From Longimicrobiales bacterium (GTDB taxonomy: Bacteria; Gemmatimonadota; Gemmatimonadetes; Longimicrobiales; RSA9), in NCBI GenBank assembly GCA_035513345.1, contig DATKCF010000172.1, positions 24,043-88,042 of the forward strand: DNA of 64,000 bases. The letters are read 5' to 3'. Shown one piece after another: positions 28,682 through 38,189 of the stretch. The notes under the pieces are model-generated. The model was not told where the DNA came from, ran no database searches, and saw only the letters and a list, made by a program, of their open reading frames with translations. Position numbers and translations under genes: made by a program. Position 1 is the stretch's first letter; each line of letters begins with the position of its first letter.

Positions 28682-29581
28682 TCAGCGGGCAGCGGAAAAG
28701 TCGAGGGCGCGAACACCGGCGGCAACGTACTCGGCCCGGTCCGTCTCGATCCCGAACCGGACGTCGGCAATGCCGCGGCAGGCTGCCAGGTAACGTGCGC
28801 GAGCCAGCGTGGCATCGTCGACCGCGCCGCGGTAGCTCGACAGCACCGCATCCAGAAGGCGTGCACCGCCCCAGTGGAAAACGCCGGCCAGGTCGACAGC
28901 CGGGTCTCCGATGGCGACATCGCTCCAGTCGATGACTCCGCAAAGGGACGCGGTCGCGGAATCGTACATGAAGTGCTCGGCCGCAAGATCACCGTGTACC
29001 AGGTTGTCGCTCACGTATGGTTCGTTGCCGCTGGCCGGTGCTTCGGCCAGAGCCTCGATCCACGCGTCTGCAATCAGGTCGGGAGCGACGCGCGCCACGG
29101 TGCCGATGTCCTCGAGCGCCTCGGTCCGGGCTTCAACGATCGCGGAATCGCGACCGAGACGCGGAATACCCTGATCGGCGGCGTGGCCCAGCGGGAACGC
29201 GTGCAGGTGCGAGAGGAACGACGCCAGCTTCGGGGCCAATCGGTCGCGAACGGGGTCGGCATCCAGACCGATAGCCGGCACACCGGCCAGCTTGCGGTAC
29301 CCGCCGAAGTGGCGAGGGAAGAGCCGTGACGGCATTCCATTGAAGCGGTACAGCGGAACCGGCAGCGGCGAATCACTGGCAAGGAGCGGCAGCAGCCGCA
29401 TCTCCATCAGGAGCTGCCGCTCGACATCGCGTCGCTTCGGGAACCGGAACACCCACACGTTGTCGACGTCGAATGCCGTGCTGTCGTACCCTTCGCCCAG
29501 CCATTGCACCCGCCCGGGCCGCACGGTCGGGAACTGGGCCTGGATCACGTTCCGGGCCTGTTCCGCATCGATTCCTGACAT
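28682..29581 (-). CDS. Aminoglycoside/choline-kinase-type phosphotransferase (APH family)
   Basis: LGEGYDSTAFDV near the N-terminus and the catalytic region LVHGDLAAEHFMYD...VIDWSDVAIGDPAVDLA. Confidence 0.8.
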   Translation of the reverse strand: MSGIDAEQARNVIQAQFPTVRPGRVQWLGEGYDSTAFDVDNVWVFRFPKRRDVERQLLMEMRLLPLLASDSPLPVPLYRFNGMPSRLFPRHFGGYRKLAGVPAIGLDADPVRDRLAPKLASFLSHLHAFPLGHAADQGIPRLGRDSAIVEARTEALEDIGTVARVAPDLIADAWIEALAEAPASGNEPYVSDNLVHGDLAAEHFMYDSATASLCGVIDWSDVAIGDPAVDLAGVFHWGGARLLDAVLSSYRGAVDDATLARARYLAACRGIADVRFGIETDRAEYVAAGVRALDFSAAR

Positions 29582-29615
29582 GTCGACTTCGCTCCCGGAA
29601 CCGCGGCGTTCGTGG

Positions 29616-29906
29616 TCACGACCCTGGACGATGGTGCGCGATGATGTCGAAGATGGACAGTTCGGCCGCCGCCCCCACGGCCTCGAACATCTCAACACCC
29701 TTCGGCTTCTCGCCCGAGGCTCGCATCGCCTGCAACGCTTCCTGGCTTTCCCAGACCGTCACGATCCGGTACCGCGTCGACTCCCGAGCGTCGCGCACGA
29801 GGTACGTGTGGAGGATTTCCGGCGGGACCTGCACCTCACGGAACTCCGCCTCGAGATCATCGGCGCGGTCGGCCGCAACCTGAGCTTCCAGTACAGTCAT
29901 CACCAT
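29616..29906 (-). CDS. Antibiotic-biosynthesis-monooxygenase (ABM)-like small protein
   Basis: About 96-aa ferredoxin-like protein (YRIVTVWESQEALQAMRAS). GAGGAG 9 nt upstream of ATG 29906; the track start is 29924. Confidence 0.65.
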   Translation of the reverse strand: MVMTVLEAQVAADRADDLEAEFREVQVPPEILHTYLVRDARESTRYRIVTVWESQEALQAMRASGEKPKGVEMFEAVGAAAELSIFDIIAHHRPGS

Positions 29907-29935
29907 CGCTCCAGGCTCCTCCATGACGGATGTGA

Positions 29936-30160
29936 TTACAGCGAGAAATACCGGAACGCCCAGCCTTCGTGGATCACGACTCTGGACGAATCCTCACCGG
30001 CCCATGGTTCCGCGGCCTCACAGGCCCCTGCGTGTTCGTTGACGATCATGATGACGGAACTGGCTGCGGCGAGAAACCGCCGAGGGCAAGCCGCGAGGAT
30101 GCTGCTGACGAACTCGCCCTTCGCTTCGGCAGACGCCTCTCGATCGAAGCGCACGATCAC
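29936..30160 (-). CDS. Small hypothetical protein (74 aa), translationally coupled to the upstream amidohydrolase
   Basis: GTG start overlaps the amidohydrolase stop (GTGA). Third-position G/C bias and balanced amino-acid composition. No family recognised. Confidence 0.4.
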   Translation of the reverse strand: MIVRFDREASAEAKGEFVSSILAACPRRFLAAASSVIMIVNEHAGACEAAEPWAGEDSSRVVIHEGWAFRYFSL

Positions 30161-31827
30161 TGTCGATTCCTGCCGCCGCTTCTCCCCGCCGGCCTGGGCC
30201 GTACCACGAACGGTTCCGTCACGATGTCCGAGCCGATGCCCTGCTTCGATTCGGCCACGATCCGCTCCACTTCCGCCATGACGCGATTGTTCTCGATCAC
30301 GATCCCGTCCTTGATCGTGTGCAGGATCCCGCGGGTGCGGTACATCTCCCGCGTGTCCGGGTTCATACGAATCGTGCCGAAGGGATAGAGGGTCTTGAAA
30401 TCCTGGGCGGGGTTGCCGTCCACGACGATCAGGTCCGCCACGAAGCCCTCCTGCACCATCCCGAGGTGCGGCTCACCGAGGAACTTTGCGCTGTTCAACT
30501 GCGCGGTCTTCAGCACCTCGAGCGGGTGCATCCCGGATTCGAGCACGAGCTGCAGCTCGCGGACGTTGCCGAACCCGCCGGTCGACCACTGGTAGTTGTC
30601 GTCCGTACCGTACACGATCGTGCCGCCCCGCCTGTTGAACTCGAAGATCATCTTTGCCCACAGGTCGTACATGTACGTCCAGTAGAACTCGTCCATGGAC
30701 GTCCAGTCATACTGGAAGGAGGCATGGTTATCGGGATTCGGCAGATGCCATTCCCACAGCGCCTGGTGCGTGTACTTCTCGTGCCAGGGCCAGCCGTGCG
30801 CCGCCATGATGTTCCGGTTCGCCTCGTAGGTCGCCCGGTTCGGCTGCATCACGACACCGTAATGGACCAGTGAGTCCACCAGCGTGTTCAGCAGGAAGTG
30901 CCGGCTGTCGGGATTGGTGCCGACCTCGTGCCAGACACGGGCCGCCTCCCGAAAGCGGATGTTCTCGTCCTGGTAACGGTAGTTGGCCGGGAAGTCCTGC
31001 ACGCCGCGCGGCAGCGCCGACTCGGCGTACCCGTAGTGGTGCACGATCATGCTCACGCCAAGGCGCGCCGCATCCATCGCGTTCACCACCGACGTGTTCG
31101 ACGGCTGAATGTGCACGGCGGTGACGCCACCGGCCGCCTCGATCGCGCGCGCCGCCGCACCGAACAGATCAGGATTCCAGGTGAGATTGTTGATGTAGAC
31201 CTGCCGGACACCGTTCGCGATCATCGCCCGCGCGATCTCCGGTGCGAGCGTCGTGTCCTGGAGCTGCTCGGGCGTGTAATCCGACCGGCTGCCCCAGCTG
31301 TACAGCGGAAAGAGCCGCGGAGCGAGGATCTCGTTGTTCCGCACCTGCTCCATGATGTCGCGGACCCGTCCCTCCTCGGCGGGACCGACGCTCGTGACGC
31401 CGGTCGCGAGCTGCATGTAGAAGATGTAGTCGAGTGGAAGCTCGTCCTCTCGCAGGTGCAGATGGAGGTTCATGAGGCCGGCCGTCACGTAAATGCCGGG
31501 TCCACCCTCTACGACGCGGTCCGCCTCGACGCTGCGGTCGGGGTCGTGCGAGCGGATGTCGTCGATGACATTGCCCCGGATCAGGATGTCCATCGGCCCC
31601 TGTCCCGGACCGCCGTGGCCGGGCACAAGCATCACGTTGCGGATCAGAAGCGAGCCGTACGGTCCCTCGGCGAGGCCATCATAACTGCGCGTCCGCTGCA
31701 CGTCCGGCCGTGGCTCGGCGCGTTCGAGCTGGGCTTCGGCCGGCTCGGCCAGAATGAGGAACAGGCAAAGAGCGGACAGCATGGCAAGCGAAGCGCGAAC
31801 GGCACGGCACAGCGGAATCCACGTCAT
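30157..31827 (-). CDS. Secreted amidohydrolase-family metallohydrolase
   Basis: Signal peptide MTWIPLCRAVRASLAMLSALCLFLILAEPAEA. LMNLHLHL metal-binding motif, ADLIVVDGNP near the C-terminus. GAAGGAGG upstream of ATG 31827. Confidence 0.8.
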   Translation of the reverse strand: MTWIPLCRAVRASLAMLSALCLFLILAEPAEAQLERAEPRPDVQRTRSYDGLAEGPYGSLLIRNVMLVPGHGGPGQGPMDILIRGNVIDDIRSHDPDRSVEADRVVEGGPGIYVTAGLMNLHLHLREDELPLDYIFYMQLATGVTSVGPAEEGRVRDIMEQVRNNEILAPRLFPLYSWGSRSDYTPEQLQDTTLAPEIARAMIANGVRQVYINNLTWNPDLFGAAARAIEAAGGVTAVHIQPSNTSVVNAMDAARLGVSMIVHHYGYAESALPRGVQDFPANYRYQDENIRFREAARVWHEVGTNPDSRHFLLNTLVDSLVHYGVVMQPNRATYEANRNIMAAHGWPWHEKYTHQALWEWHLPNPDNHASFQYDWTSMDEFYWTYMYDLWAKMIFEFNRRGGTIVYGTDDNYQWSTGGFGNVRELQLVLESGMHPLEVLKTAQLNSAKFLGEPHLGMVQEGFVADLIVVDGNPAQDFKTLYPFGTIRMNPDTREMYRTRGILHTIKDGIVIENNRVMAEVERIVAESKQGIGSDIVTEPFVVRPRPAGRSGGRNRQ

Positions 31828-32473
31828 GGTGACCTCCTTCAGAGGCTGGATCGGTCCGGAAGCGATCGTGCGGCCAGGTCGAACGTTCCGGTCGCCGTTG
31901 CGATCCGCGGCTGCGGCCACGACTCACGGAGCGGCTCGATCGGCCGCGGCCGCATCGCGTCCCCAACGATAGTGTAGCCCCTCGAGCCGACCGACGCACA
32001 CCGCGAGCGCTCGGGGCGCGCAGCTCGTTCGCCGTCAGTTCGGCTGGTTCAGACCAGCCAGCATCCGGCAATCGATGTCACTGTGACACCGGCCTCACCT
32101 GATCGGACTTCATGGCGATGGCACGAAAGGCACCCGCCGCGCCCGTCGGCGGCGACGTTGCGAACATCGCAGACGTGGACGGTGACGACTGCGATGACGG
32201 GATTCGCTGTTCATGAGACGCCGAGTTCCGCAGACGCGTCTGGCGCGCGATTGCGACTGCGGGTTTGGCTGTCATAGTCGCACTCAATTCCACAGGCGCA
32301 CCTGCAACGGGCAGCGACTGCGGGATCGGCAACCAACTCGACCATGCAGCGTGCAATGCGATCCACCGGCGTCGCCAGGTCCTGTGCCAGGTGGTCGACC
32401 CGCAGCCGTTGCGGCCCTCGAACGCACGCGGATGAACGGATTGCGACGCGCGCCGCCGACCAGCGCGGCGTCG

Positions 32474-32935
32474 TTACCCGCGCCCAACTGATTCGTTCAA
32501 GGCGAAGGGCGGCCGGGCGCAGTATCGGAGCAACCGCCCGCGGCCCGCAGAGTCGGAGCCGTCGAGGCGAACGGAGGCATCGAGGGTGAAGCCGCCGCTG
32601 GCCCGCCCGGTGAGCCTGTCGTCGACCGTGTGCTGATCGACGAGCGCGCGACGTACGTCGATCACCGGCCTCGCGATGGGACCGGGAACGGCGGTGCTGC
32701 CAATGTGCTGCATCGCCCCCCGCCAGGCAGGTCCGAGCGCCGATTCGAGAAGGACGCGTTCCTCGTCGAACAGCCGGGGCCACTCCTGGCTGAATCGTAC
32801 GAGACGCCGGCTCTGGCTCAGAGCCGGGACTACTTCAGGGTCCGATAACTGTGTGCATGTGGCTTGATCACGCTGCGGCTGCAGGCGCTCGTCGACATCG
32901 TTGGTCGGCGTTGCTGCGGTGATCGGACTGCGCAA
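32474..32935 (-). CDS. GrpB-family protein; C-terminal half atypical, possibly truncated or decayed
   Basis: VRFSQEWPRLFDEERVLLESALGPAWRGAMQHIGSTAVPGPIARPVIDV matches the GrpB N-terminal half. The usual C-terminal HxH / FRDxLR region is not seen in any frame. Confidence 0.5.
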   Translation of the reverse strand: MRSPITAATPTNDVDERLQPQRDQATCTQLSDPEVVPALSQSRRLVRFSQEWPRLFDEERVLLESALGPAWRGAMQHIGSTAVPGPIARPVIDVRRALVDQHTVDDRLTGRASGGFTLDASVRLDGSDSAGRGRLLRYCARPPFALNESVGRG

Positions 32936-32945
32936 CCCGTTCGGC

Positions 32946-33941
32946 TCAACTCGAGGTCCCGGGCAGGCTCGTCAATTCCTCATCGGCAATGGCGGCGATC
33001 TCTTCCTGCTCCTGCCACACCCGTTCGAGATAGCGAAGTTCGCCCTGGAGTGACTGACGCTCGACGCTGTCGTTGATGGCGATCTCGAGTGCGAGCCGGC
33101 GAGTGGGGCCCAACCGCCACAGCGAGCCCCGCGTGTCGGACAGATTTCGCAGCAACTCCGTCGCCGAGCCGGCCTGTCGGATCGCGGTACCGGCTTCGCG
33201 CAGCGTCAGATCGGATGCGCCGTCGATCTGCTGGTACGCAAGGACGCGGCGAAGAACGTGGGCCGCGTCATCGCCACGGATCTCGTAGATCTTCTCCGGC
33301 GTCCACGGATCGCACCGGTCACAGGGTACGCCAACGGTCAACAGGCCGTTGCGGTCGACACCGGGCTGAAGCCACCACGACAGGTCGAAACGAACGGCCA
33401 GCAGAACGCTGCTGCAATGCTCACAGCGGACCCGTCCGTGCCACGCGGCCCACGGGAACCGGCGCCAGCGCAGAACGTCGACCAACGGGTTGCCGTCCCA
33501 CGCGATCTTGATACCGGTATCGGTCAGGCCGAGCGCTTCGGAAATGGAAGCGAGCGCCGCAAAGCTGTACGCACCGATCCGCGATTCACGTCGCTCGAAC
33601 TGGCGGCGTCGCTTTCGCAGCTCGCGGCCGTAGCGCCACCATGCTTCCTCGGCCAGCTCGACGCGGCCCACGCGCAGGAGAACGCGGTCGGGTGTCCGCA
33701 GGAGCGCCACGTTCGCCGTGCTCGCCAGCAACCGGCCACGGTCCCGCGAGTCCTTCTCGAGGGCGTCGATGACCTCGAGCCGGCCATCGAACGGCGCCAG
33801 TGTCCACTGATGGCACTGGTCGCAGATCGCCCAGAGCCTCGACCGAAGCGGGTCCCACGCCACTCGCCGCCCGCACGCAAACCCGCTATACGACTCAGCG
33901 TCGGGGAACGACTTGTCGCAGAAGATGCAGCGTCGGATCAT
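32946..33941 (-). CDS. Hypothetical protein with two CxxC-x30/31-CDxCxxW zinc-ribbon-like modules
   Basis: CIFC...CDQCHQW and CEHC...CDRCDPW were read directly. Balanced composition. Start ambiguous (ATG 33941 or GTG 33980). Confidence 0.6.
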   Translation of the reverse strand: MIRRCIFCDKSFPDAESYSGFACGRRVAWDPLRSRLWAICDQCHQWTLAPFDGRLEVIDALEKDSRDRGRLLASTANVALLRTPDRVLLRVGRVELAEEAWWRYGRELRKRRRQFERRESRIGAYSFAALASISEALGLTDTGIKIAWDGNPLVDVLRWRRFPWAAWHGRVRCEHCSSVLLAVRFDLSWWLQPGVDRNGLLTVGVPCDRCDPWTPEKIYEIRGDDAAHVLRRVLAYQQIDGASDLTLREAGTAIRQAGSATELLRNLSDTRGSLWRLGPTRRLALEIAINDSVERQSLQGELRYLERVWQEQEEIAAIADEELTSLPGTSS

Positions 33942-34224
33942 GAGGTCCGGGTCGCGGGCTGTGCGTCGAACTGGAGCCACGGCCGCATATGGGCGCGCCG
34001 CACCTCAGCGACAGGTCCGTCTATCATAAAACAACATGGCAGCTTGTGGAACGGCCGCCCGATTTAACGGACCGGCATGCCCCGGCATCCACAATGCAGG
34101 AGCCGGCACCGGAACACAGCCGGCCGGACGCGGGTTCGAAACAGGTGGGTCGTTCAGCCTGCGCCGCGATCGGCTCCCCGGCGTCAGTTCGCAGACCTCG
34201 TCGCAGGATGCATTGGAGGCAGGA

Positions 34225-34866
34225 ATGAACCGCACTCGTTTGCTGGATCGCCGCTATCGTCGGATCCTGTACGGCGGGCTGGCCGTTTCCGTGGGTGTTC
34301 ATGCCGCTTTGATCGGCGTCGGTTTCGATGCGCCGCTCCTGTCCGGCGACACGACAATCGACGTCGAGCGCATCGCGGTCGAAGAGTTCGACGCCGTCGA
34401 GGTCGTTGCGATCCAGGCTGCCTTGACGGCTCCGACAGGCAGCGAGGCGAGTGACTTGGCACCGGCCGGACCCGTCTCCGATGCCTCACCCTCGCCAGCA
34501 GCCCGATCCGCGGCCGCTTCACCGGTCGCCTCCGCGCCGCCTGCACCTGCACCCACGGTCCCCGAAGTCGCTTTCGAGCAACTCACGGTCCTCGATCCAC
34601 TTTCCAGCGCGCCGATCCGGCCGGTCGAGTTCACCACTCTTCGGGTCGCCGTCGCAACACTGCCGGTCGACTCGGAAATGAACGGCCAAGCCGAGGACGA
34701 CGTCGAAGTCTACGTGCCGGGCTCGATCGGTGCCGCCAAGCGGCAGTGGGGCGGCACCGAGGCCTCGAACACGCTCGGTGGCGGCAGCGGAGTCCGCATC
34801 TTCGCCGGTGGCGGCAGTGGCGGCCATTGTCCGATGCCGGGCCGAGCGATTCCGGACTGGCGCTGA
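34225..34866 (+). CDS. Hypothetical membrane-anchored protein with Ala/Pro/Ser-rich linker
   Basis: GGAGG 5 nt upstream of ATG 34225. N-terminal TM (ILYGGLAVSVGVHAALIGVGF) then a low-complexity linker, giving a TonB-like layout without a recognisable TonB C-terminal domain. Confidence 0.55.
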   Translation: MNRTRLLDRRYRRILYGGLAVSVGVHAALIGVGFDAPLLSGDTTIDVERIAVEEFDAVEVVAIQAALTAPTGSEASDLAPAGPVSDASPSPAARSAAASPVASAPPAPAPTVPEVAFEQLTVLDPLSSAPIRPVEFTTLRVAVATLPVDSEMNGQAEDDVEVYVPGSIGAAKRQWGGTEASNTLGGGSGVRIFAGGGSGGHCPMPGRAIPDWR

Positions 34867-34935
34867 CGCATCCGATCCGCCGCATGGCCCGCGGCGGACG
34901 CAACCGCCCGTCACGCCTTCGTGTCTTAATTCCAC

Positions 34936-36105
34936 ATGAGGCGCCGACGGAAACGGTTCCTGCGACTGATCGCGGCCGCGGCGGCTGCCACGGCGTGTGA
35001 CGCCAGTTCATCGACGGATTGGCCGATCCGGTCCGACTCGGCGGGCGTCATGCAGGCGAGGTGGGGCCCGACTGACGTGCCGCTGTCCTGGTCGTTCGAG
35101 CCGGTGGTCGATATCGGAGGCCAGGCAGAGGGCCCTGCGGCATTCGGCCGGGTGATGCCGAGCGGTATCGGCGTGGACGGCGCGGGCCGTATCCACGTTC
35201 TCGACGTGCTGAACTTCCGGGTCTCGGTCTTTGACCGAACGGGCGACTTCATTCGATCCGTGGGCCGTTCGGGTTCGGGTCCCGGCGAGTTCCGGTTCCC
35301 GTCCGACCTCGCCGTCCGCGCGGATGGCGCGATAGCAGTGTTCGACTTCGACCGTCGCGCGTTCGTCGTCTTCGGTGCGGACGGCTCGCCGCTCGACGAG
35401 GTACCGGCGCCGGGTCCGCTCATGAGGCGGGCCGCCTTCGGCGAACACGGGATCACGGGTTCGTATGTGATCGAATCCGGGTCAGGCGACACCGCAACGA
35501 TCCAGCTCACCGTCCGGAACCCGGGCGACACGGGTTCGGCAACGCTCGCGTCGATCGCGGAGACGCCGGTCCATCAGGTCGATTTCGGCTGCGCGGTCGT
35601 CGGGTTCCGGTCGCTGCTCGGGCCTCGGCTCGTCTGGTCCGGCAACGGCCACCGGACCGCGGTCGCCGCCGGCACGAACTACACGATCACGCTCTTCGCC
35701 GGGACGCAGCCGGTCGGTCGCTGGAGCCGGGCGTTCGAGCCGCTTGCCGGGACCGTAACTCTGGCTGCCGCGGAGCTCGGTGGCGACAGCCTCCGGCTTC
35801 CCGGCCCTGGCAGCTGCCGTCTGCCGGTCGCAATGGCGGCCGAACGGATCGGATTCGCGGATACGGCACCGCACATCGTCGACCTCGCCGTGTCGCCTGA
35901 CGGCGGACTCTGGGTGGCTCGCCTCGATCGGGCTGGCGTTCGGTCGATCGATGTGTGGTCGGCCGATGGCGATTACCTCGGGACCCTGCCGCCGACCGCG
36001 CCGTACCCCGCGGCGTTCCGTGGACCGGACGAGATCGTGACAGTCGAGCGCGACTCGCTCGGCGTCGCTCGCGTCCGCGTCTGGCGCATCATCCGGTCGT
36101 CGTGA
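34936..36105 (+). CDS. 6-bladed beta-propeller (NHL-like) lipoprotein, paralog 1
   Basis: Signal/lipobox (LIAAAAAATAC). Repeated blade motifs such as IHVLDVLNFRVSVFDRTGDFIRSVGRSGSGPGEFRFPSDLAV. Confidence 0.7.
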   Translation: MRRRRKRFLRLIAAAAAATACDASSSTDWPIRSDSAGVMQARWGPTDVPLSWSFEPVVDIGGQAEGPAAFGRVMPSGIGVDGAGRIHVLDVLNFRVSVFDRTGDFIRSVGRSGSGPGEFRFPSDLAVRADGAIAVFDFDRRAFVVFGADGSPLDEVPAPGPLMRRAAFGEHGITGSYVIESGSGDTATIQLTVRNPGDTGSATLASIAETPVHQVDFGCAVVGFRSLLGPRLVWSGNGHRTAVAAGTNYTITLFAGTQPVGRWSRAFEPLAGTVTLAAAELGGDSLRLPGPGSCRLPVAMAAERIGFADTAPHIVDLAVSPDGGLWVARLDRAGVRSIDVWSADGDYLGTLPPTAPYPAAFRGPDEIVTVERDSLGVARVRVWRIIRSS

Positions 36106-36251
36106 TCACGACGTAGATCCTTCCACGGTCGCCACCCGTCTGGTTCGACGATGTCGAGGGTTTCGTAGCGCCCTCTCTCGGCTATCTTCCGCGGTCGCCA
36201 TGTGAAACGCTGGTGTGATCGGAAGAGAATGACCGGGATTCGGGGAAGCGC

Positions 36252-37625
36252 GTGAGCTGGCTCCGCTCGCGCGAAGTGTGGCTGTTCGTCGTCGAGGTGA
36301 AACGCCTGCTGCGTCTGGCGGGCCCGATCGTCGTCAGTCAGCTCGGCCAGGTCGGCATGAACACCGCCGACACCGTGATGGTCGGACCGCTCGGCCCCGT
36401 GCCGCTCGCGGCCGCCGGCCTGGGCAGTGCCATGCACTGGCTCGCGACCGTCGTGTGCATCGGCATCCTCGTGGGGATGTCGCCCATGGTCAGCCAGGCG
36501 TTCGGCGCCGGCGACATGGACCGCTGCCGTCGCGTGCTGGTGCAGGGCTCATGGCTGGCGCTGATGCTCGCCGTGCCCGTTACACTGGTGTCGCTCGTCG
36601 GCACCGAACTGGCCCTCGGCCTGGGGCAGGACGCCGCCGTCAGCGACCTGACGGGCGGCTACCTCTGGGCGCTCGCATGGGGCGTCGTCCCGTTCTTCCT
36701 CTTCATGGCCGGCCGCCAGTACCTCGAAGCGACCGGTCACGTCACCGCGCCGATGGTCATCACGTTCATCGGCCTGGCGATCAACATTGTTGCCAACCGC
36801 ATCTTCATTTACGGCGCGGGCGACCTCGTTCCGGCGATGGGCGTCGTCGGCAGTGGCTGGGCTACCACGCTCGTGCGCTGGTCGATGCTCGCAGCAATCG
36901 GAATCTTCATACTCCGCCATCCGAAACTGCGCCCGCACACCGATGAACCGTTCCGGCCCGACGGTTCGGTGATTGGCAGAATCCTGCGCGTCGGCCTGCC
37001 CGTGGGCGGACAGTTCGGCCTCGAGATGGGGCTGTTCGCGTTCGGCGCGTTCATGATGGGCTGGCTCGGCCCGCTCGAGCTGGCCGCGCACCAGGTCACG
37101 ATCAACATCGCATCGACCACGTTCATGGTCGCGCTCGGCACGAGCATGGCCGGCGCGATCCGCGTCGGCCAGCACATCGGCGCCCGCCGCGCCAGACGAA
37201 TGCGACGCGCGGCGCTCGCTACCTACTTCCTTTCCGTCGGCTTCATGGGCCTGTGCGCTCTCGCGTTCGTCGCGTTCCCCGACGACCTGATCCGCCTGTA
37301 CACACGCGACCCCGAGATCATCCGCCTCGGTTCAACGCTGCTCCTCGTAGCTGCCGCGTTCCAGATGTTCGACGGCGGACAGGTCGCGGGCGTGTCCGTT
37401 CTGCGCGGCGCCGCCGACACCCGGACCCCCGCCTTCATCGCCGCCGTCGGCTACTGGGGCATCGGCGTGCCGGTCGGCTACCTGCTCGCGTTCCGGGCCG
37501 GTGCCGGTCCCGTGGGCGTCTGGTTCGGCCTCACCGCCGGCCTGGCTGTGGCCGCAGTCCTGCTCGGCGTCCGGGCGCACCGCGTGCTCTGGCGCACGCC
37601 GATCGATCAACTGGTGTCCGGCTGA
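36252..37625 (+). CDS. MATE family efflux transporter
   Basis: 457 aa with 12 predicted hydrophobic segments. N-terminal LLRLAGPIVVSQLGQVGMNTADTVMVGPLG typical of NorM/MATE. Confidence 0.85.
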   Translation: MSWLRSREVWLFVVEVKRLLRLAGPIVVSQLGQVGMNTADTVMVGPLGPVPLAAAGLGSAMHWLATVVCIGILVGMSPMVSQAFGAGDMDRCRRVLVQGSWLALMLAVPVTLVSLVGTELALGLGQDAAVSDLTGGYLWALAWGVVPFFLFMAGRQYLEATGHVTAPMVITFIGLAINIVANRIFIYGAGDLVPAMGVVGSGWATTLVRWSMLAAIGIFILRHPKLRPHTDEPFRPDGSVIGRILRVGLPVGGQFGLEMGLFAFGAFMMGWLGPLELAAHQVTINIASTTFMVALGTSMAGAIRVGQHIGARRARRMRRAALATYFLSVGFMGLCALAFVAFPDDLIRLYTRDPEIIRLGSTLLLVAAAFQMFDGGQVAGVSVLRGAADTRTPAFIAAVGYWGIGVPVGYLLAFRAGAGPVGVWFGLTAGLAVAAVLLGVRAHRVLWRTPIDQLVSG

Positions 37626-37758
37626 CGCCGCCACGCGCGACGCACGCGGTGTCATGCGTGTCGTCTGCGAGCCGTACCCGTCCCTGGTGCAGGAACCCGG
37701 TTCCGGCGATCGTGTATCGGTTGTCACACAATTTCCACAACGTCCAGCGCGGGCCGGC

Positions 37759-38100
37759 GTGTCGAAGAGAACGCTGAGCAGGCCGAATCGAGGCATCACG
37801 ACGGTAGTCACGGCCATTCTCGTGGCCATGGTCACCGTGTGGCCGTTGCTCGATCTCGGATTCGACGCGACAACGCCCGCGCACATCGAGCTGCCTGACG
37901 GCTCCTCCCCGGTGCACCATTCGGCTCATGATCACGGGCTGTGCGGCGTAATGGGGACGGTCCACCTCATGCCGGTCGAACCGGCGAGGATCGCGCTGGC
38001 CACGCGTGCGGCGAGGGTTCCGCCGCGCTTCGTTCCGTCGGGCCTGCCGACGGCGCTTGTGTACGCCGCCCACAGATCGAGGGCGCCGCCTTCCGTTTGA
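37759..38100 (+). CDS. Hypothetical His-rich membrane-anchored protein at the head of the metal-uptake cluster
   Basis: TM helix TTVVTAILVAMVTVWPLL followed by SSPVHHSAHDHGLCGVMGTVH. Coding-like third-position bias. Start uncertain (GTG 37759 or ATG 37654). Confidence 0.4.
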   Translation: MSKRTLSRPNRGITTVVTAILVAMVTVWPLLDLGFDATTPAHIELPDGSSPVHHSAHDHGLCGVMGTVHLMPVEPARIALATRAARVPPRFVPSGLPTALVYAAHRSRAPPSV

Positions 38101-38189
38101 TTTCCGAAGCGCTCCCGCAACGGGAACCGTGGCATCGGCGCGTCCAGAGGGCCGGATGCGCGAGCCCGGACATCAACGGAGGATTCGAC

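Noticed and set aside
32078-32783. Search for the missing GrpB C-terminal half in shifted frames (ORFs 32211-32783 and 32078-32356)
   Set aside because: Neither frame shows the expected HxH or FRDxLR...Y..LK motifs, and both are Arg/Ser/Ala-rich, so a simple single frameshift could not be demonstrated.
36106-36251. Possible guanidine (ykkC/mini-ykkC) or other riboswitch upstream of the MATE transporter
   Set aside because: Only one short hairpin (GAGGG...CCCTC) is present. There are no paired ACGR-loop hairpins or other recognisable conserved cores.
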